From the NCBI GenBank assembly GCA_030765505.1, contig JAVCCL010000032.1:34807-98806 (forward strand): a stretch of DNA of 64,000 nt, written 5' to 3'. Below the pieces are notes generated by a model that had not been told where the DNA came from, made no database searches, and saw only the letters and a program-made list of their open reading frames with translations. Shown here piece by piece: positions 29,947 through 40,128 of this stretch. The DNA is from Candidatus Kaelpia imicola (lineage in GTDB: Bacteria; Omnitrophota; Gorgyraeia; Kaelpiales; Kaelpiaceae). A program made the translations under genes and the position numbers. The first letter of the stretch is position 1, and each line of letters starts with the position of its first letter.

Positions 29947-31514
29947 TTAATCCTTCCTAAATCTATATTCTTCCTTAGTTTGTATTCGATATATCTATAT
30001 GGTATAAATATATAAAAGGGTGGCTTGGTAGATAAAATGAAGAGAATTTCAATTATTAAAATTGTTTTAATATTTTTAGCGTTTGGTCTATTTATTCCAA
30101 ATATTTCTTTTGCTAGAAGAACTAAGAATGCAGATAATATAGCAGTTTCTTTGCATCAAATACTTGTAGGAATTGGATATGAGCAAGAAGCAGGTGAAAT
30201 CAATGCTTTAATATTAGAAATTTTCCCTGATTTTGGGGATCTTAAAGCCTTATCTCCTCAGGCAAAGATTGTAGCTTTAGCTGATATAATAAAACAAAAT
30301 ATATCTGCACATAGCTGGAGTGAAGGAGAAGATTTATTATATTTTGAATTATCAGACGTGCTTAATAGTAGAAAATCCATTTGCTTTGGTTATGCCGAGC
30401 TTTTTTACGTTTTAGGTAAAACGCTAGGGCTAGATGTGGAGGTAATTCCAATTTATCCAGGACACGGAGCCAATCTGATTAAATTAGATAGTGGTCATGT
30501 GGTTTTAGATTTAGCTAATGAGTTAGTTTCTAATTATTATCAGAGTCAGGTTTTTAACTGGGATGAAAATTATCAAAGAGAAGGAAGTATATGGTGTTTA
30601 AAAGAAGGGAGTAATTTGCCTCAAATATATAAAATTGTTCAAAGGGTAAACGAGCAGGGGATAATTGAAGGTAGATACTATAATCGTGGTTGGATGTTAG
30701 AACAGGCGGGACGCACTAATGAGGCAGTCGAGTGTTATGGTAGAGCAACGGGAGTGGCTCAAGCTTGGAGCAACATTGGTTTAATTTTATCTAATCAAGG
30801 GCAATACAATGAGGCAATTCGATATTTTGACAGAGCGATAGAGTTAAACCCATATTTAGCCGAGACTTTTTACAATCGCGCTTCTACTAAAATTGTTCTA
30901 GGATTACACAGTGAGGCAGTTGATGATTGCGATATAGCGATAGGTTTTAATTCAAACCTAGCCCAAGCGTGGTTTAATCGCGGGACTGCTTTGGCCTTTC
31001 TAAAGCAATATGATGAAGCAAAAGAAAGTTTTAGAGAAGCAATAAAATTAACACCAGATCCATCAATTTTATCGGAAGCTTTTTATAATCTTGGTCTGGT
31101 TCATATTAACTTAGGGATCATTAATAAAGCGCTTGAATATTTTACATATTCAGCTCAACATAACCAAAATAATGCTGAGGCATGGTTTCATGTTGGATAT
31201 TGCAAATTCCAATTAGGACAATCACAGGAAGGAATTGAAGCTGTCAGAAAAGCGATTAAACTAGACCCTAGCATGAAGGATCGTCTTCCGCCTGAAGTTC
31301 AAAGATTACTATAAGTAAAAATAAGTGAATTTATCTAAAAACAATTTTCTCTTGGTAAAATACTCTTGTGCCCAAACTGTGCCCATCTTACATCAAAACA
31401 AACGTATGCAAACGTAGGCAAACGTAACCATTCGCACTCGATAAGTCCTTCATAAAGCAGTGGTTTATAACATATATGTTGATATATAAGGAGTTAAGGG
31501 ATTTAATCTAATAG
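29928..31514 (+). mobile_element. tRNA-Ser-integrated mini-cassette 1 (no integrase)
   Basis: Bounded by direct repeats of the tRNA 3' end AATCCCAGCCTCTCCGCCA at 29928 and 31515. Confidence 0.7.
30037..31314 (+). CDS. Exported transglutaminase-like and TPR protein with FARR leader
   Basis: Leader MKRISIIKIVLIFLAFGLFIPNISFA-RR; ICFGY, PGH, VLD as putative Cys-His-Asp triad; about six TPRs. Confidence 0.8.
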   Translation: MKRISIIKIVLIFLAFGLFIPNISFARRTKNADNIAVSLHQILVGIGYEQEAGEINALILEIFPDFGDLKALSPQAKIVALADIIKQNISAHSWSEGEDLLYFELSDVLNSRKSICFGYAELFYVLGKTLGLDVEVIPIYPGHGANLIKLDSGHVVLDLANELVSNYYQSQVFNWDENYQREGSIWCLKEGSNLPQIYKIVQRVNEQGIIEGRYYNRGWMLEQAGRTNEAVECYGRATGVAQAWSNIGLILSNQGQYNEAIRYFDRAIELNPYLAETFYNRASTKIVLGLHSEAVDDCDIAIGFNSNLAQAWFNRGTALAFLKQYDEAKESFREAIKLTPDPSILSEAFYNLGLVHINLGIINKALEYFTYSAQHNQNNAEAWFHVGYCKFQLGQSQEGIEAVRKAIKLDPSMKDRLPPEVQRLL

Positions 31515-31533
31515 AATCCCAGCCTCTCCGCCA
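31367..31533 (+). repeat. Cassette end module copy 1 plus tRNA 3' repeat
   Basis: TGTGCCCA x2, CAAACGTA x3 at 10-bp period, then AAGGAGTTAAGGGATTTA and the tRNA end; homologous to 32589-32754. Confidence 0.9.
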
Positions 31534-32737
31534 TTAATCCTTCCTAAATCTATATTACCCCTCAATTTGTATCGTATATATCTATATGGTATAAATATAT
31601 AAAAGGATGGCTTGGGCATAAAATGAAGAGAATTTCAATTATTAGAATTATTTTGATATTTTTAGCGCTTGGTCTATTTATTCCAAATATTTCTTTTGCC
31701 AGAAGGGTGAGGGAAGTATTAACTCAAGTTGATAATTTTGGGACAGTTACTTATTATGAAAGTTATAATGGTAATTTTCGTCCATTAAAAATAGTTGATA
31801 AATTAGGTCATGTTTTAGATGAATATTATTATAGAGGTTCTGAATTAGATAGAGTTATAACAACAAATTTAGAGACAGGAGAAAAGTTAGAATTACGAAT
31901 AAAAAAAGTAGAAGGTAGGCCTGGATTACAAGCTGATATATACATTGAACAAAAATATGTGGGATTTCGAGAGTGGGAAATTAATGAAGGATGGATAATA
32001 TTGGGAGATATTACTATAGATGAAGGGATGCGCAAAAATGGTATTGGCTTAACGGTTTCAAATTGGATTGTTGCTTACTCAAATATGGTTGAAGGTGTTA
32101 CCAAAGCAACCACATTGTCTCAAAATCCTCTGATAATTTCTATTATGCAGCGTGTCACTAAGTTAGAGACAGTTAGTTATGCTCAAGCTGCTCTTTTGGG
32201 TATTAGAAGTCTAGGAACCAATTTAAGCAATACAGATCTTATTAAAAGTATAGAGTCTTTTTCTATTGGCAATGCTGACAATCTAAGGTTTGGTGTTGAT
32301 ATGTATAGGGTGATATTTGATGATAGCAAAGTTTTTTCTTCAAATTATCCATCGTTGCCAGTAGGAACAGAATTGGATAATTTTGAAGTTCTTGGTGATT
32401 GGATAGTTAAGTTGGATGGAGTTGTTATAGGCCAGATTAAATCTTTTTGTTCCTTTCTGTGTTTAGGTGGAGAGATAAATCCAATTCACGTTTTCATAGA
32501 CGAAGAAGGTAAAGTGGTTCAGTATTAAATAGATTAAATTGTCAATTGATAGCTCTGCAATATGAACGATAATAGAGAGTTTTATTTCTGTGCCCAAACT
32601 GTGCCCATCTTACATCGAAACATCCGTAGGCAAACGTAAGCAAACGTAACAATCCGCACTCAGTAAATCCTTTACAAATAAGAGGTTTATAGTATAGTTT
32701 ATTGATGTATAAGGAGTTAAGGGATTTAGCCTAACAG
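31515..32737 (+). mobile_element. tRNA-Ser-integrated mini-cassette 2 (no integrase)
   Basis: Bounded by tRNA 3' repeats at 31515 and 32738; first about 190 bp and last about 150 bp homologous to cassette 1. Confidence 0.7.
31623..32528 (+). CDS. Exported protein with FARR leader and GNAT-like acetyltransferase motif
   Basis: Leader MKRISIIRIILIFLALGLFIPNISFA-RR; ILGDITIDEGMRKNGIGL matches GNAT motif A (RxxGxG). Confidence 0.65.
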   Translation: MKRISIIRIILIFLALGLFIPNISFARRVREVLTQVDNFGTVTYYESYNGNFRPLKIVDKLGHVLDEYYYRGSELDRVITTNLETGEKLELRIKKVEGRPGLQADIYIEQKYVGFREWEINEGWIILGDITIDEGMRKNGIGLTVSNWIVAYSNMVEGVTKATTLSQNPLIISIMQRVTKLETVSYAQAALLGIRSLGTNLSNTDLIKSIESFSIGNADNLRFGVDMYRVIFDDSKVFSSNYPSLPVGTELDNFEVLGDWIVKLDGVVIGQIKSFCSFLCLGGEINPIHVFIDEEGKVVQY

Positions 32738-32754
32738 AATCCCAGCCTCTCCGC
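32589..32754 (+). repeat. Cassette end module copy 2 plus tRNA 3' repeat (17 bp)
   Basis: TGTGCCCAAACTGTGCCCATCTTACATC...CAAACGTA repeats...AATCCCAGCCTCTCCGC. Confidence 0.9.
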
Positions 32755-32807
32755 TAGTTAATTTTGGCTTCAAATTAGAAGTTCCACCTCTTTTAGTAAT
32801 GTAGAAT

Positions 32808-33806
32808 ATGTTTAAAAGAATACTTAAAACAGTTTACTGTAATGCATCTTTAAGCCAAAAACGAAAATTTATAAAATGTTACAAATATTTTAAGAAAGGG
32901 TGGATTATAAAAAATATTCTTTCTTCATTAGTTAGACGTTTCTTTATAATACGCAAAATTAAAAATTTTGCTCTCTTCGAACAAATGTTTTATTCCCAAA
33001 ATGGAGAGGATGGCATAATAAAAGCAATATTTGGTAAAATAGGATCAACTAATAAATTTTGTGTAGAGTTTGGCATTCATCCAATGGAGGGTAATACCAT
33101 TTACCTACAAAAAAAAGGGTGGAATTGTTTATGGATGGATTAAAATGGTGATGGAAAAGTTATTAGAAAAGAATATATAACTGTAGAGAATATTAATCAG
33201 TTATTAGTAAATTACAATGTTCCTAAAGAATTTGACTTGCTTTCTATCGATATAGATTTCAATGATTATTGGATTTGGAAGGCAATCAGGGGATACTCCC
33301 CAAGAGTTGTAGTTATTGAATATAATTCCTCTATTCCTCCAGCAGAAAGTAAGACTATAGAGTATGATCAAAATGCCCATTGGGATGGCACTAATTATTT
33401 TGGAGCGAGTTTATTAGCATTAACAAAACTTAGTAAATCAAAAGGGTATACTTTAGTGGCATGTGATAAAAAAGGAACCAACGCTTTTTTTGTAAAAACT
33501 GATTTGATTAAGAATAATTTCAAAGTTAAAGAAGTTAAAAAGATTTACAACCCACCCAAATATGGCAAAAAAGTCAATGGCAAATACATTGGGCACCCTC
33601 CAAGTAATAAATCAATGAGTTCTATTTTAATTAGTATTTCTTATGCTGCCTCTCTGTATCATGCTGTGTCTACGACTTTGTTTTCGACATTTTTGCAGGC
33701 TCCATCCAAAAATTACTTCACTTTATTCCGCAAAATTTGTTTAATCATATGCGTTAAAAAGAATTTATTGCTCAGTTTGATGAAATCAAACAATCTCGTA
33801 GAATAG
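32808..33806 (+). pseudogene. FkbM-related methyltransferase-like protein interrupted by in-frame TAA (33141-33143)
   Basis: SQNGEDGII, FCVEFG, then same frame LLSIDIDFNDYWIW, PRVVVIEYN; the two ORFs are 429 nt apart (in frame). Confidence 0.7.
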
Positions 33807-34451
33807 GATTAAAAAAGCTTTAAATCGTCAGAAACAATAGACCGATAGGTAATAACTGACGTGCGGAGATTTTAGTCACTACTATTGTGTCTTACCTTTA
33901 CTTTTTTGTATAGTATACGATATCTAAACGGTAAGAGAGTGTTTATAGATAATGTGAGAAAATTACTCATTTTAGCATTTGTTATGCTTTTATTATAATA
34001 AAGATAGCCTTGTAAGTATTTCTTGCAGGACGAGAAAGCGTTAAGCGATACAAATTTTCTAAAATGATAATTTGTTTTCGGGTATTACTGTTCCATCCAT
34101 TCTTTTGAATCAAAGGATCTAAATGTAGCGGAGAGAAGAAGAGAATTAATAAGTCTCTTTGATAATTGTTTAAATAAAGAAGAGATAGATTTTCTAATTA
34201 CAGGTTCTATAAAATCAATTATGTTAGCTTCTCGCTAATAAGCCATATCCCTCAGTTAGTCAAGCTGTACCTATATTAGGTATACTACCTTAGGATATTT
34301 TTATAATTTAATCTTATATGCATATATCCAGTAGACTCTTTACAAAGAAATATTTCATAGTATAGTTTATTAATGCGTATATGTTGTGGGTGTTAATCAA
34401 ATAGTTATTATTGGTATTGATTGTATGGAGGTAATTGTTTAAAGAATTATT

Positions 34452-35237
34452 ATGAAGAGTAATTTTAAATATATCTATGGTCCGGTCTCTTCCTGGAGAT
34501 TGGGTTCTTCTTTGGGTATTGACCCTATATCGGGAGAGAATAAAATATGCAGCTTTGACTGCGTATATTGTCAAATAAAAGAGCTGAGTCTATTAAGCAT
34601 GGAGAGAAAGATTTTTGTAGAGACTGAATTGATTGTTAATGAACTTCAGGCTCTACCTTCAGGTTTAGATATTGACTACGTTACTCTCTCAGGTAGGGGC
34701 GAGCCTACTCTGGCTTTAAACATTAAGGATATAACTATCGCTGCAAAGAGTATCTTAGGTCATCCAGTTGCTCTTCTTACTAACTCTACTATGCTTTTAA
34801 GAGAAGATGTTAGAGATGATATTTTAGATATTGATTTTGTAATAGCCAAGGTAGATGCTTGTAGCGATGAACATTTAAGGGTTATCAACAGGCCTCATGA
34901 AGATTTAGATTTTTTAAGCATATTAGATGGAATTAAGAAGTTCAAAGCTAATTATAAAGGAAAATTTGGAATCCAGATTATGTTTTTAGAGTCAAATAAA
35001 TTTGAGGCAGAAGGTATTGCAAGAATTGCATCAGAATTAAATCCAGATGAAGTGCAGCTTAATACTCCCTTGCGTGATTCTAAAGTCAAAGCTCTTTCGA
35101 AAGACGATATGGATAAAATAAAGGATTGCTTTAAGGGTTTCAATGCTATTTCGGTTTATGATAGAGAGAAGAAAAAAGTAGAATCAATAAGTAAAAAAGA
35201 TACAATGAGAAGAAGGGGAAAGGATTATGATAATTGA
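34452..35237 (+). CDS. Radical SAM protein
   Basis: YGPV.S.RLG.SLGID, CSFDCVYC, GEPTL. Confidence 0.9.
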   Translation: MKSNFKYIYGPVSSWRLGSSLGIDPISGENKICSFDCVYCQIKELSLLSMERKIFVETELIVNELQALPSGLDIDYVTLSGRGEPTLALNIKDITIAAKSILGHPVALLTNSTMLLREDVRDDILDIDFVIAKVDACSDEHLRVINRPHEDLDFLSILDGIKKFKANYKGKFGIQIMFLESNKFEAEGIARIASELNPDEVQLNTPLRDSKVKALSKDDMDKIKDCFKGFNAISVYDREKKKVESISKKDTMRRRGKDYDN

Positions 35238-35460
35238 TATAACTGATCTAAAATCCAAAGAGAGCGGTGTGATTATTGAGATAAAAGGCGGCTGTGGTCT
35301 TATTGACCGCCTTCAGAGCATGGGCATAAGAATCGGTAAGAGAGTCATTAAGGTTAGTTCTCATTTCTGGAGAGGCCCGCAGACTATCGAGATTGATAAT
35401 TTTAAAGTTGCTATCGGTCATGGTATGGCTAAGAAGATTAGGGTAGATACAGGTAAATGA
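35227..35460 (+). CDS. feoA: Ferrous iron transport protein A
   Basis: RLQSMGI..G, GP, VAIG.GMA..I.V; upstream of feoB. Confidence 0.9.
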   Translation: MIIDITDLKSKESGVIIEIKGGCGLIDRLQSMGIRIGKRVIKVSSHFWRGPQTIEIDNFKVAIGHGMAKKIRVDTGK

Positions 35461-37166
35461 AAAATATTCTGTTAGTTGGAAATCCCAATGTAGGTAAGAG
35501 TGCGATATTCTCTCGTCTTACCGGGGCAAGGGTTGTTATATCTAACTTTTCTGGCTCAACCGTTGAATATACAAAGGGTCGAAGTAAGATCTTCGGAGAT
35601 ATTGTAGATGTAATAGATGTTCCAGGTACATATAGTTTGAAACCCAATTGTTGCGCTGAAGAGGTTGCAGTTAAGATGATTGATGAGGGTGATATTGTTA
35701 TCAATGTAGTTGATGCAACGAATTTGGAAAGAAACCTCTATCTCACCCTAGAATTAATCGAAAGAGGTCTGCCTGTTATAGTTGCGTTAAATATTTGGGA
35801 TGAGACAAAGCATCGTGGGATTAGTATAGATATCAAGAGATTAGAAGAGCTGTTAGGAGTACCTGTTGTAAGTACTTGCGGTTTAACGGGGGAAGGTATA
35901 AGAGAAATAGCATCAAAGATGAAAGATTTAAAGCCAAAACAGAAAGAGGATGTTTCTGATCAGCAGCGTTGGATAGAGATAGGCAGTATTACTCAAGAGG
36001 TACAGAGACTTTGCCACAGGCACCATACATTTCTTGAGATATTAGAAGGATTGAGCATTAGACCGGTTAGCGGTCTGATCATAGGATTAATTATTATGGT
36101 AGCCTCTTTCTTTGTAGTAAGGGTTATAGGCGAAGGTGTTATCAACCATCTATTGGATCCGCTATTTGAAAATTACTGGCTTCCCGTAATGAACAGTCTA
36201 AGCACTGTTCTCTCTAAGTTTAGCTTTTTGCATTATGTGATCATAGGCAAGTTGATTAATGGAGGGATAGACTTTGGGCTCTCATTCGGGCTTTTGACTA
36301 CAGGACTCTATGTGCCCATTGTAATGGTGGCTCCTTATATCTTAAGCTTCTATTTTGTTCTAGGGCTCATGGAAGATTTTGGGTATCTGCCTCGTCTTGC
36401 TGTTTTAGTTGACAATGTAATGCATAAATTAGGATTACACGGCTATGCTGCTGTTGGGATGATCTTAGGTTTAGGTTGCAATGTCTCTGGTGCTTTATCA
36501 GTACGATTACTTGAAAGCAGGAGGGAGAAGTTTATTGCTTCAACGCTTCTTAGTATTGCGGTACCCTGCATGGCTCAGATCGCTGTTATAGCCGGGTTGT
36601 TAGGGGCTAGGAGCGGTAGGGCGGTAATGATTGTATTTTTAACCCTTCTCTTGCTATGGTTCATTATAGGATATATTTTAAATAAGGTTTTAAGAGGAGA
36701 GAGTGCTCCTTTGATTCTTGAGATTCCTCCATACAGGAGACCTCATTTTAGGGCTGTTTTAAAGAAGCTTTGGATGCGGATATCGAGTTTTTTTATTACT
36801 GCGATACCCTATGTTTTGTTAGGTGTTCTCTTGGTTAATATGCTCTATGCTTTTGGAATTGTAGATTTCTTTGCTCACATTTTTTCACCGGTACTTAAAA
36901 ACATCTGGGGTTTGCCGCCTGAGGCAATATCGGCATTATTGATTGGGTTTTTAAGAAAAGATGTTGCTGTGGGTATGTTGGGGCCAATGGGTTTAACATT
37001 GAAACAGCTTACTGTAGGTTGTGTTATTCTTGCCATATACTTTCCCTGTTTTGCTACTTTCATAGTCTTATTTAGAGAGCTGGGGTTAAGAGATATGCTA
37101 AAGGCGGCTTTTATTATGGTAGGAGTGGCGCTTATGGTTGGAGGAATACTTAACTTTATACTCTAA
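35457..37166 (+). CDS. feoB: Ferrous iron transport protein B
   Basis: GNPNVGKS, DVPGTYSL, NLERNL, gate motifs LGLGCNV, Y.PC.AT. Confidence 0.93.
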   Translation: MKNILLVGNPNVGKSAIFSRLTGARVVISNFSGSTVEYTKGRSKIFGDIVDVIDVPGTYSLKPNCCAEEVAVKMIDEGDIVINVVDATNLERNLYLTLELIERGLPVIVALNIWDETKHRGISIDIKRLEELLGVPVVSTCGLTGEGIREIASKMKDLKPKQKEDVSDQQRWIEIGSITQEVQRLCHRHHTFLEILEGLSIRPVSGLIIGLIIMVASFFVVRVIGEGVINHLLDPLFENYWLPVMNSLSTVLSKFSFLHYVIIGKLINGGIDFGLSFGLLTTGLYVPIVMVAPYILSFYFVLGLMEDFGYLPRLAVLVDNVMHKLGLHGYAAVGMILGLGCNVSGALSVRLLESRREKFIASTLLSIAVPCMAQIAVIAGLLGARSGRAVMIVFLTLLLLWFIIGYILNKVLRGESAPLILEIPPYRRPHFRAVLKKLWMRISSFFITAIPYVLLGVLLVNMLYAFGIVDFFAHIFSPVLKNIWGLPPEAISALLIGFLRKDVAVGMLGPMGLTLKQLTVGCVILAIYFPCFATFIVLFRELGLRDMLKAAFIMVGVALMVGGILNFIL

Positions 37167-37168
37167 CT

Positions 37169-37489
37169 ATGAAATTTGAAGAACTGGATAAAGATAGGAA
37201 GATTCTTAACTTAGAGGCTGAGGCCATGGTTCAAGAGGTTAAAGATTCTTTTCATAAATTAGCAAAAGAGACCCATCCGGATGTTGCTAAAGATAAAAAC
37301 AAGGAGAAAGCGATAGAGAGGTTCAGGGAGATATCATGGGCATATGAAGTTATTATGAATTATCTATTCCATTATAAATTCTCTTTCAAGGAAGAGGATT
37401 TTAATAAGAAACATTTAGACTTAAACAGAGGAATAAAAGACCACATGAACAGGTTCTTTGATAATTGGCTAGGAGATTTATCTATTTGA
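37169..37489 (+). CDS. J-domain protein
   Basis: HPD motif, F.EI..AYE. Confidence 0.85.
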   Translation: MKFEELDKDRKILNLEAEAMVQEVKDSFHKLAKETHPDVAKDKNKEKAIERFREISWAYEVIMNYLFHYKFSFKEEDFNKKHLDLNRGIKDHMNRFFDNWLGDLSI

Positions 37490-37521
37490 CTTTTAAACCC
37501 TTATTATTTAGAATTCTTGCT

Positions 37522-38472
37522 ATGAAAAACTTCAAGGTTCTTATCGTACTTATAGTCTTTTTCAGCTTCTTAAACAATGCGTTTTCTTTTTGGATCTGGA
37601 CCCCTGAGACAGGTAAATGGATAAACCCTGATAGTTATGTTCGGGATACACCTGAGGAACAGTTTAATCTGGGTTATAAGAAATTTCAGGAGGAAGATTT
37701 TAAAGGAGCTATTGAGGCTTTTAAAAAACTCGTCAAATATTATGAAAAGTCAAAATATGCTCCGGAAGCACAGTTCTACATTGGCCAGGCTTACGAGAGG
37801 CTGGGCAAATATTATTCGGCATTTAAATCATATCAGAAGATCATAGACACCTATCCTTATACCTCAAGAGTAGATGAGGTTATATCTCTGGAATACAAGA
37901 TAGCCAATCTCTATTTTGTGAGAGATAATGAAGATAGGAATTTAATAGAGAGGGTATCTTTCTTGGATGATAACTCGAAAGCTATTGAGATATTTAAAAA
38001 AGTAGTCGATAATTCTCCTTACGGAGAGTATGCGCCTTTGGCTCAGTTTAAATTAGGCCTGGTGTATAAACGAATAGGCGATTACCCCGGAGCAGAAGAA
38101 GCTTTTAAAAATCTTATTACAGGTTATCCGGGTTCTGAGCTGGCGGATGATGCAGTGATACAGCTTGCAGAGGTTGCATCAGAGAAAGAAGCCAAGGTAG
38201 ATTATTCTCAGGAAGGGACAGAGATTGCAATCAAGAGACTAGAAGAGATGTCTCAAATTGGTGATATGCCTGAAGAAGGTGATAGGATATTAATAAGGTT
38301 AAAAGAGCGTAAGGCGGAGAGTCTCTATAATACAGCTAAGTTTTATGAGAAGCAAAAGTTATATGATAGTGCTGTGATATATTATGAAGAAATAGTTAAA
38401 CAATATCCTAATACTGATTGGGCTGTAATAGCTGCCGGGAAGGTTGCAGCATTGAAGAAGAAGGAAAATTAA
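37522..38472 (+). CDS. bamD: BamD-like TPR outer-membrane assembly protein
   Basis: Signal peptide, TPRs with YP.S motifs, upstream of lptE. Confidence 0.7.
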   Translation: MKNFKVLIVLIVFFSFLNNAFSFWIWTPETGKWINPDSYVRDTPEEQFNLGYKKFQEEDFKGAIEAFKKLVKYYEKSKYAPEAQFYIGQAYERLGKYYSAFKSYQKIIDTYPYTSRVDEVISLEYKIANLYFVRDNEDRNLIERVSFLDDNSKAIEIFKKVVDNSPYGEYAPLAQFKLGLVYKRIGDYPGAEEAFKNLITGYPGSELADDAVIQLAEVASEKEAKVDYSQEGTEIAIKRLEEMSQIGDMPEEGDRILIRLKERKAESLYNTAKFYEKQKLYDSAVIYYEEIVKQYPNTDWAVIAAGKVAALKKKEN

Positions 38473-38991
38473 TTGAAAAGATTAGCGACGTTATTATTGG
38501 CTGCTTTAATTGTCTCAGGTTGCGGTTATACTTTGAGAAGCGCTCAAGATTCACCTTATGAGACAATCTACATTCCGGTATTCTTTAATAAGATCTCTAT
38601 AAATAACATCTCTTCAGATTATAAACTCTATTATCGCGGTCTAGAGATAGAGCTTGAGAATATTTTAAGAGAGAGGTTTAGATATGATGGTAATATTCTA
38701 CCCGTCTCTAGTGTCCAAGATGCTGATATTGTCGTAGAAGGTGAGATATTAGACTATAACAAGAGTGCTCTAAGCTATGCTAGCAACGAGGATGTTGATG
38801 AGTATAAGATTACGGTTAGTACAAATGTCCGTCTCATAGAGAAAGAAAAAGAGCTCTGGGCTGAAAGCATGTCTGGAGAGTCAACCTATCTTACAGCAGG
38901 TGCTAATGCTAAAAGCGAGACTCAGGCTTTAAGGGATGCTCTGGGTGATCTATCCAGAAAGATTGTAGATAGAGTAGTAATTAACTGGTGA
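38473..38991 (+). CDS. lptE: LptE-family lipoprotein
   Basis: Lipobox VSGC followed by GY; synteny with holA. Confidence 0.75.
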   Translation: MKRLATLLLAALIVSGCGYTLRSAQDSPYETIYIPVFFNKISINNISSDYKLYYRGLEIELENILRERFRYDGNILPVSSVQDADIVVEGEILDYNKSALSYASNEDVDEYKITVSTNVRLIEKEKELWAESMSGESTYLTAGANAKSETQALRDALGDLSRKIVDRVVINW

Positions 38992-39836
38992 GTGCTTTTT
39001 TAATACATTCAAAAGATAGTACTCTTGCTGAGATATTTTTAGAGTCTCAGTTCAAAAGATTAAATCCCAAGAGAGTCCAAAGATATTCTTTTAAATCTAT
39101 AAGTTTTGAAAATATTATAGCTGATATATTTAATTCTTCTCTTTTTGAAGATAGAACATTGTATTTTATAGATAATGCAGAAGCTCTTAAACCAAAAAAT
39201 ATAGCCTTCTTAAAAGAAAAAATAGATTTTACACAACTTAAAGATAGCTACATTTTTAATCTTATAAGCAAGACTTATTGGCTGCAGCTGCCTAAATGGG
39301 AGGGCATCAAGGGGTTAAAAGTTATAGAATTGCGATTTAACCCGAGCGACATAAAGCTATACCTTGAGGAATTTAGCGATAAGAAGGTTTCTCAAGAAGT
39401 CCTAAGCCATATAGTGAAGGTATATAACAAAAGCAGAGATTTTAAATCTATTCTTGATGCTGTTTCAAAAGTTGAGCTGCTTTATCCCGAGAAAGATTAT
39501 ATAGACTTAGGTTCTCTCAGTGAATTTCTTCAGGAGAGAGAACCGCCCGAGATAAAGTATCTTTACGAGATGGTATTGGCAAAGGACGCGAAGCGTTCTC
39601 TTGAGACAGTCTTATCTCTAAAGGAGAAAGGCTATAAAGACGAGAGAATACTTCTCTCTCTTATGCCTCGTTTTCTTGATAATGTAGATAATAGAGAGGC
39701 TGATTTTATTGTCCATCTGGAGAAGAGTTTTAAAACGGGTAAGAAAGATGCCTACTCTTTAATTTTGGATCTGATCCTGTTTTTTACACACAGAGAGATT
39801 TTTAAAATATCTGCCGGAGTTTTAAATAATGATTAA
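38988..39836 (+). CDS. holA: DNA polymerase III delta subunit (divergent)
   Basis: SLF motif, C-terminal KTG, position after lptE. Confidence 0.6.
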   Translation: MSAFLIHSKDSTLAEIFLESQFKRLNPKRVQRYSFKSISFENIIADIFNSSLFEDRTLYFIDNAEALKPKNIAFLKEKIDFTQLKDSYIFNLISKTYWLQLPKWEGIKGLKVIELRFNPSDIKLYLEEFSDKKVSQEVLSHIVKVYNKSRDFKSILDAVSKVELLYPEKDYIDLGSLSEFLQEREPPEIKYLYEMVLAKDAKRSLETVLSLKEKGYKDERILLSLMPRFLDNVDNREADFIVHLEKSFKTGKKDAYSLILDLILFFTHREIFKISAGVLNND

Positions 39837-40116
39837 AGAGATGATAAAAGTAGGAGATAGCTTTATAGAGGCTGTTTCAATTGAATTAGATAATCATAAT
39901 CTTATTGTTTTAAGAGGTAGCAGGGGTTACGTTATGTGTGGTTATCTTAGTATGGATGCAGCAGATAATTTTGGGGATGTTGCGATTAAGATAACAGGGA
40001 TTAGGACAATTCAGGAAGCATTAAATACTGAAGCTGAAGAGGTTAGTAGAGAGGCTAAAAATATCGGTATCTATGAGGGCCAGAGTATTAATGAGATTCT
40101 TGAGTTAATCGTATAG
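39829..40116 (+). CDS. YunC/DUF1805 family protein
   Basis: GYVMCGYL, AKNIGI..G. Confidence 0.8.
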   Translation: MIKEMIKVGDSFIEAVSIELDNHNLIVLRGSRGYVMCGYLSMDAADNFGDVAIKITGIRTIQEALNTEAEEVSREAKNIGIYEGQSINEILELIV

Positions 40117-40128
40117 GAGGTATAAGTT

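Noticed and set aside
30037-30120. RR motif as a Tat signal
   Set aside because: The Tat twin-arginine precedes the hydrophobic region (S/T-R-R-x-F-L-K); here RR follows the predicted cleavage site.
31367-31430. CRISPR or iteron array from CAAACGTA/TGTGCCCA repeats
   Set aside because: The repeats are 8 bp with 2-3 bp spacing, with no spacers and no cas or rep gene; they fit recombination arm sites better.
33870-34247. Possible decayed minus-strand gene
   Set aside because: The frame has internal stops and no recognisable motif, so it cannot be supported.
34256-34290. DtxR/Fur-like box upstream of radical SAM-feoAB
   Set aside because: Only a partial palindrome in AT-rich DNA, too weak without a profile search.
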